Shown here in pieces: positions 8,324-17,655 of a stretch of 64,000 nt of DNA; position 1 is the stretch's first letter, and each line of letters begins with the position of its first letter. The stretch lies in assembly GCA_963753345.1 (NCBI GenBank), contig CAVWBU010000049.1, forward strand, positions 128,001 to 192,000. Direction: 5' to 3'. Position numbers and translations under genes: made by a program. The notes under the pieces are model-generated. The model saw only the letters and a list, made by a program, of their open reading frames with translations. It had not been told where the DNA came from and made no database searches. The stretch comes from an uncultured Fibrobacterota bacterium (GTDB taxonomy: Bacteria > Fibrobacterota > Chitinivibrionia > Chitinivibrionales > FEN-1185).

Positions 8324-8373
8324 AAGTCCTCTACTAGGAACGCTTGATAACCTGCCATACTTAACAATCGGGA

Positions 8374-10050
8374 TTACATTCTCTCCGGCGCCGAAACACC
8401 CAACAAATCCAATCCTAGTCTGATCACGTTCCTCACGCCGCAAGTGAGCAGCAGCCTCGCGCACGACAGGGGCCTGTTGTCCGTCACGATCCTGTGCTTC
8501 TGGTAGAACGAATGGAACTCCGCGGCGAACGATTCGAGGTAGGCGGTGATGCGCTGGGGCTCCACGAACAGCGCGGTCTGCACGAGCAGGGTGGGGAATT
8601 CCGCGATGCGACGCACCAGGTCGAGCTCTTCCGGCTCGGCAAGCAGGGAGGGCGAGGCGCCGCCGGCATTCCCGTCTGTAAAGCCCTGTTGGCGCGCGTG
8701 GGCAAGCAGGCTGCACGTGCGTGCATGTGCATACTGGACGTAATACACGGGGTTGTCGTCGGATTTCTTCGTGGCGAGCGTCATGTCGAAGTCGAAATGG
8801 CTTGACAGGCGGCGCATGAGGAAGAAGTAGCGCATCGCGTCGACGCCCACCTCGTCGAGCAGGTCGGCCATGGTCACGAAGTCGCCCTTACGCTTGGACA
8901 TGCGGAACGGGACGCCGTCGCGGATCAGGTTAACCTGCTGGATGATGAAATTCTTAAAGACGGTCTTCGACAGTCCGAGTGCGGACACCGCGCCCTCGAG
9001 CCGGGGCAGATACCCGTGATGGTCGGGCCCCCAGAACGTGTACGATTCGTCAAACCCGCGCGACGCCTTGTGCAGGTGGTACGAAAGATCGGCCAGGAAG
9101 TAGGTGGGCGATCCGTCCTGCCGCACGAGTACGCGGTCTTTTTCGTCGCCGAAATTGGTCGAGGCGAACCAGACCGCGCCTTCCTTTTCGAGAACAAGGC
9201 CCTTTTCGCGAAGGAGCGAGAGTGTCTTTGCGGGCGCGTCCGATTTGTGAAGCTCGCTTTCCATAAACCAGCGGTCGTAGTTCACGCCGTACGCGGCAAG
9301 GATTTTTTTCTGGTCTGCCATGATGCGGCCCAGCGCCTCCGCAGTGAACAGCCGTTCGGCTTCGGCGCCGGGCATTGCCGCGACCTCGGGCCTGGCCGCG
9401 GAGATTTCGGCTGCCAGGTCGCGTATGTAATCGCCCTCGTAGCCGCCCTCGGGAATGGCCGCGTCCTTTCCGTGGCCCTGGTAGTACCGGCATGCAATCG
9501 ATTTTCCCAGCAGCTCGACCTGGTTGCCGTAGTCGTTCACGTAGTATTCGCGCTCCACCTCGTGGCCCAGCCACGAATTGACGCGCGCGATGGTGTCGCC
9601 GATTGCCGCGGCGCGTCCGTTGACCACCACCATGGGCCCGGTCGGGTTTGCGCTCACGAACTCGAACAGGATGCGTTTCTTCTGCGGAACCTGGTTGCGG
9701 CCGTATCGCTCCGGCGACAGCGCGGCCTCGGCAAGCACGCCATGCAGATACACGGGGCTCAGACGGAAATTGATGAACCCGCCCGCAATCGTGCTCACAA
9801 GGCCCGGATCGGGCGTCACGAAGCGGTCGTCCCATGCAAATCGCTCCATGAGTTTGCGGGCGACGGCCACGGGATTTTCTTTGAGGATTTTTGCAAGGCC
9901 GAGCGCCATGGGCGACGAAAGGTCGCCGTGCGATTTCTGCTTTGGTTTTTCGATGACGATATCTGGGGCAGCAACCGCTGTCCCGCCGAACGCCGACGCC
10001 GCGGCCGACCGGAGCGCGCCGGCAAGATATGCATACACGGAATCAGGCAT
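8374..10050 (-). CDS. argS: Arginine--tRNA ligase
   Basis: EFVSANPTGP, EYYVNDYGNQ, WGPDHHGY, RMSKRKG and NPVYYVQYAHAR motifs. Confidence 0.96.
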   Translation of the reverse strand: MPDSVYAYLAGALRSAAASAFGGTAVAAPDIVIEKPKQKSHGDLSSPMALGLAKILKENPVAVARKLMERFAWDDRFVTPDPGLVSTIAGGFINFRLSPVYLHGVLAEAALSPERYGRNQVPQKKRILFEFVSANPTGPMVVVNGRAAAIGDTIARVNSWLGHEVEREYYVNDYGNQVELLGKSIACRYYQGHGKDAAIPEGGYEGDYIRDLAAEISAARPEVAAMPGAEAERLFTAEALGRIMADQKKILAAYGVNYDRWFMESELHKSDAPAKTLSLLREKGLVLEKEGAVWFASTNFGDEKDRVLVRQDGSPTYFLADLSYHLHKASRGFDESYTFWGPDHHGYLPRLEGAVSALGLSKTVFKNFIIQQVNLIRDGVPFRMSKRKGDFVTMADLLDEVGVDAMRYFFLMRRLSSHFDFDMTLATKKSDDNPVYYVQYAHARTCSLLAHARQQGFTDGNAGGASPSLLAEPEELDLVRRIAEFPTLLVQTALFVEPQRITAYLESFAAEFHSFYQKHRIVTDNRPLSCARLLLTCGVRNVIRLGLDLLGVSAPERM

Positions 10051-10420
10051 GCCGGACGCCCCGTGGTTCGCTTTTGTCGAGCGGTTCCCACAGCTCTTCG
10101 AGAGCGTAGTACCTTCGGACCTGCGGCGTCATCACGTGGACCACAATGTCCGAGAAGTCAACGAGGATCCAGCGGCCGTCCTGTTCCCCTTCGGAATGCC
10201 ACGGGGAGACGCCGCGGCGTTCGAGCGCGTCCACGATGCCGTCGCGGATCGCGCGCGTATGATTCTGGTTGTCGCCCGAACACACCACGAAGTAGTCGGC
10301 GATGCCGGTTTCCTCCTTAAGGTTGAGGACGACGATGTTCTCTGCCTTCTTGTCAAGGGCAGCCTCGGCAATGAGCGGCAGCAGATTTTTTCCGCGGGGC
10401 AGGTCTTTGCGCGCCGTCAT
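10043..10420 (-). CDS. rsfS: Ribosome silencing factor
   Basis: DKKAENIVVL..IADYFVVCSG..WILVDFSDIVVHVM..RRYYALEELW; ATG at 10420 overlaps the upstream stop. Confidence 0.93.
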   Translation of the reverse strand: MTARKDLPRGKNLLPLIAEAALDKKAENIVVLNLKEETGIADYFVVCSGDNQNHTRAIRDGIVDALERRGVSPWHSEGEQDGRWILVDFSDIVVHVMTPQVRRYYALEELWEPLDKSEPRGVRHA

Positions 10421-10836
10421 CGGACATGCTCCCGGAAGTCGGCGCCCACGTAGACCGCTGCGTCGTAGAGTTCGTCCCCGTTGCGCATGAGAACGACCGA
10501 ACGGATGCCGAGCGCCTGGGCCACCTGGCGCGCAATTGCCTGGTCTTTGGTGCGGGACACCACCAGCGTCTCGGTGTAATTGCTCGTCTTGGCGTTGCTC
10601 TCGTTCTTGACGTCGAATTTCTTCGACCGCAGAAAATCGGCCATTATCTTTGCCGCTCCGTCGATGCCGCACCCGTTGAGCACCTGGATTTTTCCGATAT
10701 ATGGAATGTTCATCCGCGCATCCTCGGATTTCTGCTGGGGGGCGGATTCCGCGGCAGGCTGCTGCCGCCGCAGGCCCAGGGCCAGTGCCGCGACAAGCAC
10801 GGCGCAGGCGATAAGCATGATGACGGTGTTTTTCAC
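10417..10836 (-). CDS. LytR C-terminal domain membrane protein
   Basis: N-terminal TM helix; IQVLNGCGIDGAA and VYVGADF motifs. Confidence 0.8.
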   Translation of the reverse strand: MKNTVIMLIACAVLVAALALGLRRQQPAAESAPQQKSEDARMNIPYIGKIQVLNGCGIDGAAKIMADFLRSKKFDVKNESNAKTSNYTETLVVSRTKDQAIARQVAQALGIRSVVLMRNGDELYDAAVYVGADFREHVR

Positions 10837-10923
10837 GCTGCTCCCGGAAGTAACAACGACGTGCGCGGGGGCGCGCCGCGTACGCAGGTGTGGTGAAGGT
10901 TTTCCGTGTGCAGGAACACGGCG

Positions 10924-11256
10924 CTACTTCCCGCCGCTCACCACGCGCGGAGCGTGGGAAGGTATTTCGTTCTCGGCAAGATGCACAAATGTCAAGACCA
11001 TGATCCTGTCGCCCACCACGCCCATGCGGGCGGCCGGGCCGTTGAGCTCCGCGATGCCGGACCCCCGCTTGCCCTTTATCACATAGGTGCTGAAACGGTT
11101 GCCGTTTTCCATGTTGAGCACCTGGACCTCCTCGTAGGGGAGGATGCCCGCCTTTTCGAGATAGTCTTCGTCAAGCGTGATGCTCCCTTCATAGTCCAGA
11201 TGGGCGCCGGTTACCGCGATGTCGCGTATTTTAGCTTTGAGGAAACTTCTCAGCAT
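10924..11256 (-). CDS. panD: Aspartate 1-decarboxylase
   Basis: YEGSITLD self-cleavage site, NGNRFSTYVI, LNGPAAR. Confidence 0.93.
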   Translation of the reverse strand: MLRSFLKAKIRDIAVTGAHLDYEGSITLDEDYLEKAGILPYEEVQVLNMENGNRFSTYVIKGKRGSGIAELNGPAARMGVVGDRIMVLTFVHLAENEIPSHAPRVVSGGK

Positions 11257-11272
11257 AGAATGACTCCACCAA

Positions 11273-11896
11273 CTAGAATGAGAAACATACCCGCAGGCCG
11301 GCCGTGACGCCCGCCGAAGCGCCCCACACGGGGCTGTTCCAGCGATTCTCCGCAATCTGTATGCTCATGTCAATGCCACTCCACATCATGTCCGGAACAA
11401 GCAGACCCAGTCCGAGCGGCTGGAACCTGCGAGAAGCGGCGCTCCAGCCGACGAACAATCCGGCGCAGCCTGCCGCGGCGGCCGCCATGATCCATCCCCG
11501 GACCGCATGGCCGCTGCGAATCTGGTTCACGCCCGGCACCAGGAAGCTTCCTGCCGCAGTCCAGCTGTCCCCCAACCGTTTCCGCGCATGCATGGACCGC
11601 ACGTCCGCGTCCGAATGTCCCGCCCGCCGGAGCCTGATGTACTCCGCCTCCGGTATGGAAAGCTCTTGCCATGGTCTGCGGTAGTATTCCGATATGGAAA
11701 TCCCGCTTTCGAGCAGCTGGTGCACCTTTACAAGCGGCAGCTTCATTTCCTGTATCTTGTTCCACTCGGTCTCGGAAAGGCCGAGTTTTTCGTAGATTTC
11801 CTTGTCGCCGGGCGATGCCCCCAGCGCAATTGCCATCGGACCGTGCGCGAGCAGCAGAAAAAGGCCGCATTTCACCATCGTTTCCCTGATGGACAT
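11273..11896 (-). CDS. Hypothetical exported/membrane protein
   Basis: Signal-peptide-like N-terminus and SFLVPGVNQ followed by hydrophobic segments; co-oriented with its neighbours. Confidence 0.6.
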   Translation of the reverse strand: MSIRETMVKCGLFLLLAHGPMAIALGASPGDKEIYEKLGLSETEWNKIQEMKLPLVKVHQLLESGISISEYYRRPWQELSIPEAEYIRLRRAGHSDADVRSMHARKRLGDSWTAAGSFLVPGVNQIRSGHAVRGWIMAAAAAGCAGLFVGWSAASRRFQPLGLGLLVPDMMWSGIDMSIQIAENRWNSPVWGASAGVTAGLRVCFSF

Positions 11897-12090
11897 GGGA
11901 TTTCCCCGGAAGAAATCGTTCCGCCGCAGAGCAATCCCCCTTCGATCAAGACACCGAAAATACTTGATGTGCCGGTTGTCGCAAAGGCCGACGCTAAAAA
12001 GAATGGGTTGGATTGATTGACAGGATGCCTCAGGGGTGCGCTCATGAGGGAATGCCATGAAGGCGAACAAGCACCGCATTGTGCGGGAAA

Positions 12091-12672
12091 TCAGTTCGAA
12101 CTCGTCAGCTTCTTGAGCTCGTCCCGGAGCCTGGCCGCGTCTTCGTAGCGCTCTTCCGCGACCGCTTTTTCGAGCTTCTGCCGGAGGGCATCCAGGGGCG
12201 AGGGGGCCGGCGCGGAAATGTTTTTTTCCTCCTGCCGGCCGGGGAAGGGCTGCTGTTGCGCGTCGCCGCCCGTTTCCTCGGCAAGGAGTATTCCTGCTTT
12301 GTCAAGTACCTTCTCCTCCACGAACAGGGGCGCGCCGAAGCGGAGGGCGAGGCAGATCGCGTCGCTCGGCCGTGCGTCGAAATCCAGGGTTTTTCCCTTG
12401 AAGTCGAGTACGAGCCGCGCGTAAAACGTGTCGTCGATGAGGTCCGACACCTCGACCCGCACCATTGCGCACCCGATGGCGTCGAGCACCGATTTGAAGA
12501 GGTCGTGGGTGAGCGGGCGCGGAATTTCCACTTTGTTAATCTGGATGACGATGGACTGCGCCTGCTGGTCGTCGATGAAAATGGGGAGCGCGCGCTTGTC
12601 GGTTGCGCCCTTGAGAAAGATGACGAAGCGCTTGTTGAGCAGCGCGACGTTGACAATTTCAACGGGGATCAT
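12091..12672 (-). CDS. Bifunctional nuclease (DUF151) with C-terminal UVR domain
   Basis: LPIFI, RPLTHDL, DARPSDAI and LEKAVAEERYEDAARLRDE motifs. Confidence 0.9.
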   Translation of the reverse strand: MIPVEIVNVALLNKRFVIFLKGATDKRALPIFIDDQQAQSIVIQINKVEIPRPLTHDLFKSVLDAIGCAMVRVEVSDLIDDTFYARLVLDFKGKTLDFDARPSDAICLALRFGAPLFVEEKVLDKAGILLAEETGGDAQQQPFPGRQEEKNISAPAPSPLDALRQKLEKAVAEERYEDAARLRDELKKLTSSN

Positions 12673-12763
12673 GGTGAAAACCGCTTCCGGGATTGTGGCA
12701 AACCTGAACCGCTTCCAAAATACTTCATGGCGGATAATCGGAATGGTTGAGGGGCAGGGTCGG

Positions 12764-13225
12764 TCAGTTGGGCAGCAGGCAGATCTTCTGCGACGTGTGG
12801 GTGAGCAGGGTTTTCCACCGGGAGTGTTCTTTTATGTAAATCTCGGTCACGATCAGGTCGTTTTTCGTGATGTCCCTGCTGTCGCCGGCGATTTCTTCCT
12901 CTATTTCAAACGTGGCGAAGGCCATCGATTCGTCCTCGGTGATGAACGGCTGGTAGCTGAGGATCGTGCTGAGCTTGACGGGCGTCTCCGCCTCCATAAT
13001 TTCCTTCTTGAGTTCCGCGATGGCCATTTTTACGCCGGCCGAATTGATGAACTGGTATTTTCTGGCGCAAATTCTATTGAGGGCGCCGGTGTCCTTTCTG
13101 GAAATCGCCTCGATCCGTTCCTTGAGCAGGTTCTTCAGAACAAGGGGAAGGTCTGATTGACAGAATACAATTGAGGGAAGAAGAAGAACTGTCAGGGTGA
13201 TGACGGATACGGTGCGGGTCGTCAT
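12764..13225 (-). CDS. NTF2-like (DUF4440-type) secreted protein
   Basis: Signal peptide; VTEIYIKEHSRWKTLLTHTS C-terminus typical of NTF2-like folds; GGAGG RBS. Confidence 0.65.
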   Translation of the reverse strand: MTTRTVSVITLTVLLLPSIVFCQSDLPLVLKNLLKERIEAISRKDTGALNRICARKYQFINSAGVKMAIAELKKEIMEAETPVKLSTILSYQPFITEDESMAFATFEIEEEIAGDSRDITKNDLIVTEIYIKEHSRWKTLLTHTSQKICLLPN

Positions 13226-13276
13226 ACATGCCTCCGGTCGGTAAAGCGCAACGCCGGCGGGCATTGCATGATTGCT

Positions 13277-14578
13277 TTACAGCCCCTTCACCATTTCCTT
13301 CACCATTCTCATCGACTTTGCCGTGGCTTCCCAGAAAAACAGCCCCATCGGGATCGGAATGGAGTTTTCGAAGCCCTTTTCGATCACCACCGCCTGCTTC
13401 TTGGCAAGCACCTGGTGGTTCTGGTCTTCTATGGTTACTTCATTTTCGAGTTTCAAAACGGTCTGCTCCAGTTCGTCCTGCGAATAACTCGACACCTGGC
13501 TTTGAATGGTGAAATACAGATCGGTTCGGCCGCCGGGCTGAGCGGGCGCCATGAAGCAGGAATCGCGGAGAAACTTCGAGATATACCCGTCGCTCGAGAA
13601 TTCTTTTGTCAAGGTGACGGCGTTTGCCGCGTTCGGCTTGTAGGAAATGGCAAACGTTGCGGGAATGGTGTTGAAAAGGATTGTCTGGTCGGGGACGGTA
13701 ACGCCGAGATCGTTCGCGTCGAACTGGCTGGCGCCGAGCACGGCCGCGGCAAAGTCAGGTTTCAGCATCAAGGTGGCGCCTTTTGCCACGTACGGGATCC
13801 TGAAATTTGAAAATGAGATGGAGCCGCGGTTGTCGGATGTTCCGGAGCACAGTTTCTTGCCGCCGGACAGCACGCAGGCAATGGTGATTCCGGGCAGCGG
13901 CACCGTGTCCGCCATCACCTGCACCGTAAACGGGGCTGCGAGGGTGGTGCCCTGCTTGCCGGTGATGATGTATTCCTCCGAGCGCACGGCAAATTTGTTG
14001 AAAAAGTTCTGCAGGATCTTGCGCGTTTCTTCGAGGAGAAAGGAGCGGGGCGTGGATTCGTCGGGCAGTCCTATGGGCGTGCCCATGCGTCCCATGGTAT
14101 AGTAGATGGTGTTGACGCCCAGGTTGTAAAGGTTCGTCGCTGCGTTGTCCTCCAGCGCTTTCTTCATGAGCGTATAGAAACGCAGGGAAATGGAGTAGCA
14201 TTTGTTGTTGTACGCTTCAAGAATGGGCCGCGCATCTTCGCCCGAGAGCGAAATGGTGATGGTGGCGGTGTGGCCCGAACGCGTCTGGTCGATCTTGGCC
14301 CTGGAAAGGCAGGTGTCGGCGAAGGCATTGAAATGGGACCGCTGGATCGCGTTGGTGGTGTCGACGGTGACGTCGGCCTCCTCCCTCAGCCATTCCCATA
14401 AATCAATTTTAAAACTGCCCATCGCCGCGCCCCGGATCTGGTCTGCCACATCCTGCGAGAGGGGTTTGGCGAGCTTGAGGGAATAGACGCCCGAAATGGG
14501 ACGGGAATGCGACTGGATTGCCGCGATAAGGACGACCGCCGCAACAGCGGCGAAACAGCAGTGGGTTCCGCGATGCAT
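13277..14578 (-). CDS. Hypothetical secreted protein
   Basis: 433-aa ORF with signal peptide and AGGAGA RBS, in a co-oriented minus-strand run. Confidence 0.7.
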   Translation of the reverse strand: MHRGTHCCFAAVAAVVLIAAIQSHSRPISGVYSLKLAKPLSQDVADQIRGAAMGSFKIDLWEWLREEADVTVDTTNAIQRSHFNAFADTCLSRAKIDQTRSGHTATITISLSGEDARPILEAYNNKCYSISLRFYTLMKKALEDNAATNLYNLGVNTIYYTMGRMGTPIGLPDESTPRSFLLEETRKILQNFFNKFAVRSEEYIITGKQGTTLAAPFTVQVMADTVPLPGITIACVLSGGKKLCSGTSDNRGSISFSNFRIPYVAKGATLMLKPDFAAAVLGASQFDANDLGVTVPDQTILFNTIPATFAISYKPNAANAVTLTKEFSSDGYISKFLRDSCFMAPAQPGGRTDLYFTIQSQVSSYSQDELEQTVLKLENEVTIEDQNHQVLAKKQAVVIEKGFENSIPIPMGLFFWEATAKSMRMVKEMVKGL

Positions 14579-14682
14579 CTCAATCTCCTTGCGTCAACCG
14601 GCCGCCGCCTCCCGATGTGCGCCCGTTGCCGTTAAAGATATATCCGCCGCGCCAAGGGCGGCAAGCGGAAGGGATGCGGCCT

Positions 14683-16026
14683 TCAGCCCCCGATTTTCTT
14701 CATCACCAGAGCGGCAAGCTCCTGGGCCTGTTCCCGTGTTTTCGCCTCGGCGTAACACCGGATGATCGGCTCGGTGTTCGACGGCCGCACGTGCACCCAC
14801 CCGTAGTCGCGGAGTATCTTGAGGCCGTCCTGCGTGTCGACGGTTTCATTTGAAAAGGCCTTTTCCAGCGCTGCAACGACCGACCGCGCGTCGCCCGCGC
14901 AGGGAATCTTTTCCTTGACAATATAATAGCTTGGCCATGAAGCGGCGAGACGGGTGAGCGGCGCGCGCCGGAGCGCCATGAGCTCGAGGATGAGCGCCAT
15001 GCCGCACAAACCGTCGCGTACCGTGGAAACTTTCGGGTAAATAACGCCGCCGTTGCCCTCGCCGCCTGCGGCGCAGCCGTTTTCCGCCATGGCCTCAACC
15101 ACGTTCGCCTCGCCGATCCTGGCGCGGATCACGCGCACGCCGAACCGGCGCGCCACGTCGTCGACCATCATCGAGGTCGAAAGGTTGGTCGCGACCGGTG
15201 TTCTTGTTTTGGCAAGGATGTTTTCGAGCGCCAAGACGAGCGTGAGTTCCTCGGTGAGCGGCTGTCCCTTTTCGCCCATGAGCGCGAGCCGGTCGGCGTC
15301 CGGGTCGAAGGCGAACCCGCCCCAGAAGCCGTCCGACGAGGCAAGCATGCTTGATAACTGCGAAAGGTGTTCGGGCCGGGGTTCCGGGTTGTGAACGAAA
15401 TTGCCGTCGAGCCCGTTGTTGACGCCCTTCCATGCCACGCCCAGACGTTCGAGCAGAACCGGAACAATCACGCCGGCCGCTCCATTGATGGAATCCACGG
15501 CGATGGTGATACGCGCATCGCGTATTGCCGTTGCGTCAACCGCAGCGAGGATCCGCTCCACATGGGGCAGCACCGCATCTTTAACGAGGGGCTTTGCGCG
15601 GCCGCCGCGCACGATGCCCGCGCCCGTCCATTCCGCAAGAACGGCGCGGTACACCTCGTCGCATTCCTGTCCTGTAAAGAGGCGCCCGCCGGCGCGGATC
15701 ATCTTGTAGCCGTTGTAGGGGAGCGGGTTATGGCTCGCCGTGATCATGACGCCCGAGGCCGCGCCGAAATGCGCCACGGCCACGCATGCCGTGGGCGTCG
15801 GCGCGATGCCGATGTCGAGCGGCGTGCCGCCGGCCGCACTGATGCCGTCGAAGATCGCGGCGGCGAGATCGGGCCCCGACGGCCGCGTGTCGCGCGCGAC
15901 AACAACGGTTCCGCCGCCCGCGAGCCGGGTCTGGACATTGGCCAGGGTGAACGCGAAATCGGGCGTGAACGTTTCGCCCACGATTCCCCGGACGCCGGAG
16001 ACGGTCATGATGGGAAGTTTGTTCAT
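14683..16026 (-). CDS. Phosphohexomutase (GlmM/PMM-PGM family)
   Basis: VSGVRG, catalytic TASHNP, metal-binding DPDADR, GGEGNGG and RPSNTEP motifs. Confidence 0.92.
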   Translation of the reverse strand: MNKLPIMTVSGVRGIVGETFTPDFAFTLANVQTRLAGGGTVVVARDTRPSGPDLAAAIFDGISAAGGTPLDIGIAPTPTACVAVAHFGAASGVMITASHNPLPYNGYKMIRAGGRLFTGQECDEVYRAVLAEWTGAGIVRGGRAKPLVKDAVLPHVERILAAVDATAIRDARITIAVDSINGAAGVIVPVLLERLGVAWKGVNNGLDGNFVHNPEPRPEHLSQLSSMLASSDGFWGGFAFDPDADRLALMGEKGQPLTEELTLVLALENILAKTRTPVATNLSTSMMVDDVARRFGVRVIRARIGEANVVEAMAENGCAAGGEGNGGVIYPKVSTVRDGLCGMALILELMALRRAPLTRLAASWPSYYIVKEKIPCAGDARSVVAALEKAFSNETVDTQDGLKILRDYGWVHVRPSNTEPIIRCYAEAKTREQAQELAALVMKKIGG

Positions 16027-16356
16027 GGATGCCGTTCCTTGGAGAAGTCGAAACAGGTGAGGGATATGTGCGGCGGAGCGTTCATGAACGCTTCGCCCTT
16101 GCAATGCCGTGCGAAAGAAAATAAATCATTTCATGGTTCGGGTTGAACGCGGTCGCCGCGAAGCGGTTCCCGGCGCGCAGCAAAGGTTTCGAAATTCCTG
16201 CGGCTTTTTCTTTCAAATGCTGTATATTATGAATGCAACCCTCCGCAGGCTGTTTGACAGGACAGACTCCAGCCTGCGCACCGACAGGAATCCTGTTTTG
16301 TCAACTCTCTGCACCCGGGACGACCGCCCGGCGCGACAACAACAGAAGAAACACGC

Positions 16357-16914
16357 ATGCCCATAGAATTACTCTATATCATTCCGGTCCTCGCGGTGGC
16401 GTTTCTGGTGTACCGCCTCGTTCTCAACGCACAGAAGCGCGCAGAGGCCGCCGGTGCAGCAGGCACGGTTAAGGCCGGGGACACCAAATCGCAGCAGGCT
16501 GTCCGGTCCACCGAGGAGCGGCTTAACGAATACGAACAGACAATCGCCCAGATCAACAGAACGCTTTCTGCCCAGCAGAAGGTCATCGAGAAATTTCAGG
16601 AGGAAAACACTTCCTGCACCGGCGAAATAGAAAAGCTCAACGCGCAGCTCCGGGAACTACACAAGGAATACGATATTGTTATCAGTGAAAACTTCTCGCT
16701 TCGCGCAAAAGCAAAGAGCCTTCAAAGAAAGCTCGATGGCATTCCCGCCGCGTTTGACTCGGCAGGTCCCGCCGCCGAGTCGGCTCCGCCTTCCGACGGC
16801 GTCAAGGAGACGATGGCGATGAACCTGAACCTGTACGAAGACACCAAGCTCTTCAAATCGTCCTCACTGCTTGACGACACGACACGGTTCGACGAGACCG
16901 AATCCTCAGCCTAA
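16357..16914 (+). CDS. Membrane-anchored coiled-coil protein, function unknown
   Basis: N-terminal TM helix then a heptad-rich helical region. Confidence 0.7.
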   Translation: MPIELLYIIPVLAVAFLVYRLVLNAQKRAEAAGAAGTVKAGDTKSQQAVRSTEERLNEYEQTIAQINRTLSAQQKVIEKFQEENTSCTGEIEKLNAQLRELHKEYDIVISENFSLRAKAKSLQRKLDGIPAAFDSAGPAAESAPPSDGVKETMAMNLNLYEDTKLFKSSSLLDDTTRFDETESSA

Positions 16915-17001
16915 ATCCTCCTGTTTCATTCCGCCAAGCATCTTCCGCCGAAAATTCGCAGTTTTCTGCAATTTTTCCTCTTTTTGTTGATTCCACAAAA
17001 C

Positions 17002-17049
17002 AAACGATATGTAGTATTGCACTATCTTAAGTTACACAACATATTGTGG
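17002..17049. promoter_or_regulatory. Tandem NrdR-box-like operators
   Basis: AAACGATATGTAGTAT (17002-17017) and ACACAACATATTGTGG (17034-17049) fit acaCwAtATaTwGtgt and start 32 bp apart. Confidence 0.6.
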
Positions 17050-17120
17050 TTTTTTGCATTCTGAAGATGTGTTAAGTCAAGAATTACCATAATATTCGGA
17101 CATTTTCATATAGAAAAAAC

Positions 17121-17149
17121 TTGACTTTCTTGGACCTATCTAGTATTGT
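17121..17149 (+). promoter_or_regulatory. Sigma70-type promoter of the mraZ/dcw operon
   Basis: TTGACT, 17 nt, TATTGT; followed by roughly 10-bp-spaced GGTG/GGGG units (17153-17186) that may be MraZ boxes. Confidence 0.65.
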
Positions 17150-17193
17150 ATAGGTGAGAATAGGCTTAATTAGGGTGAAAAAGGGGCAACACA

Positions 17194-17655
17194 ATGTCTC
17201 GATTCCGCGGCCGATTCGATCTCTGTCTTGACAATCAGGGCAGGATCAATGTTCCCGCAAAGTTCCGAAAAGCATTGGATCCTGAAGCTTCGGAAACACT
17301 CGTCATATGCAGAGCGCCGGCCGGATGTCTTCGCGCGTATGCGCAAAACATGTGGAACAAGTATGAAGATGAGATCGCGCATTGGCCTCAGACGGCGGAG
17401 GCGTTGCGGCACAAAACGCTCCTGTATTCAACGCTGTACGAAACCGTGCTTGACGCGCAGGGAAGGATAACGCTGCCGTCTTTACAGATAAGCATAGCCG
17501 GGATCGTGAAGAACGTCACCCTTATCGGACAATACGGCTTCTTTGAGATCTGGGACACCGACCGTCTCGGCACCTACCTCGGAAAGCAGGACGACTTCGA
17601 CGAAGTGTTTTTCAAGTCGGTCGCGTCCGCGTCGGGGAACGTTGAGCGCCGATGA
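17194..17655 (+). CDS. mraZ: Division/cell wall cluster transcriptional repressor MraZ
   Basis: Two DxxGR motifs (LDNQGRINVPAKFR, LDAQGRITLP) and FEIWD; first gene of the dcw cluster. Confidence 0.93.
   Translation: MSRFRGRFDLCLDNQGRINVPAKFRKALDPEASETLVICRAPAGCLRAYAQNMWNKYEDEIAHWPQTAEALRHKTLLYSTLYETVLDAQGRITLPSLQISIAGIVKNVTLIGQYGFFEIWDTDRLGTYLGKQDDFDEVFFKSVASASGNVERR

Noticed and set aside
16920-17190. AT-rich region as a replication origin
   Set aside because: No convincing cluster of TTATCCACA DnaA boxes; better explained as a promoter/operator region
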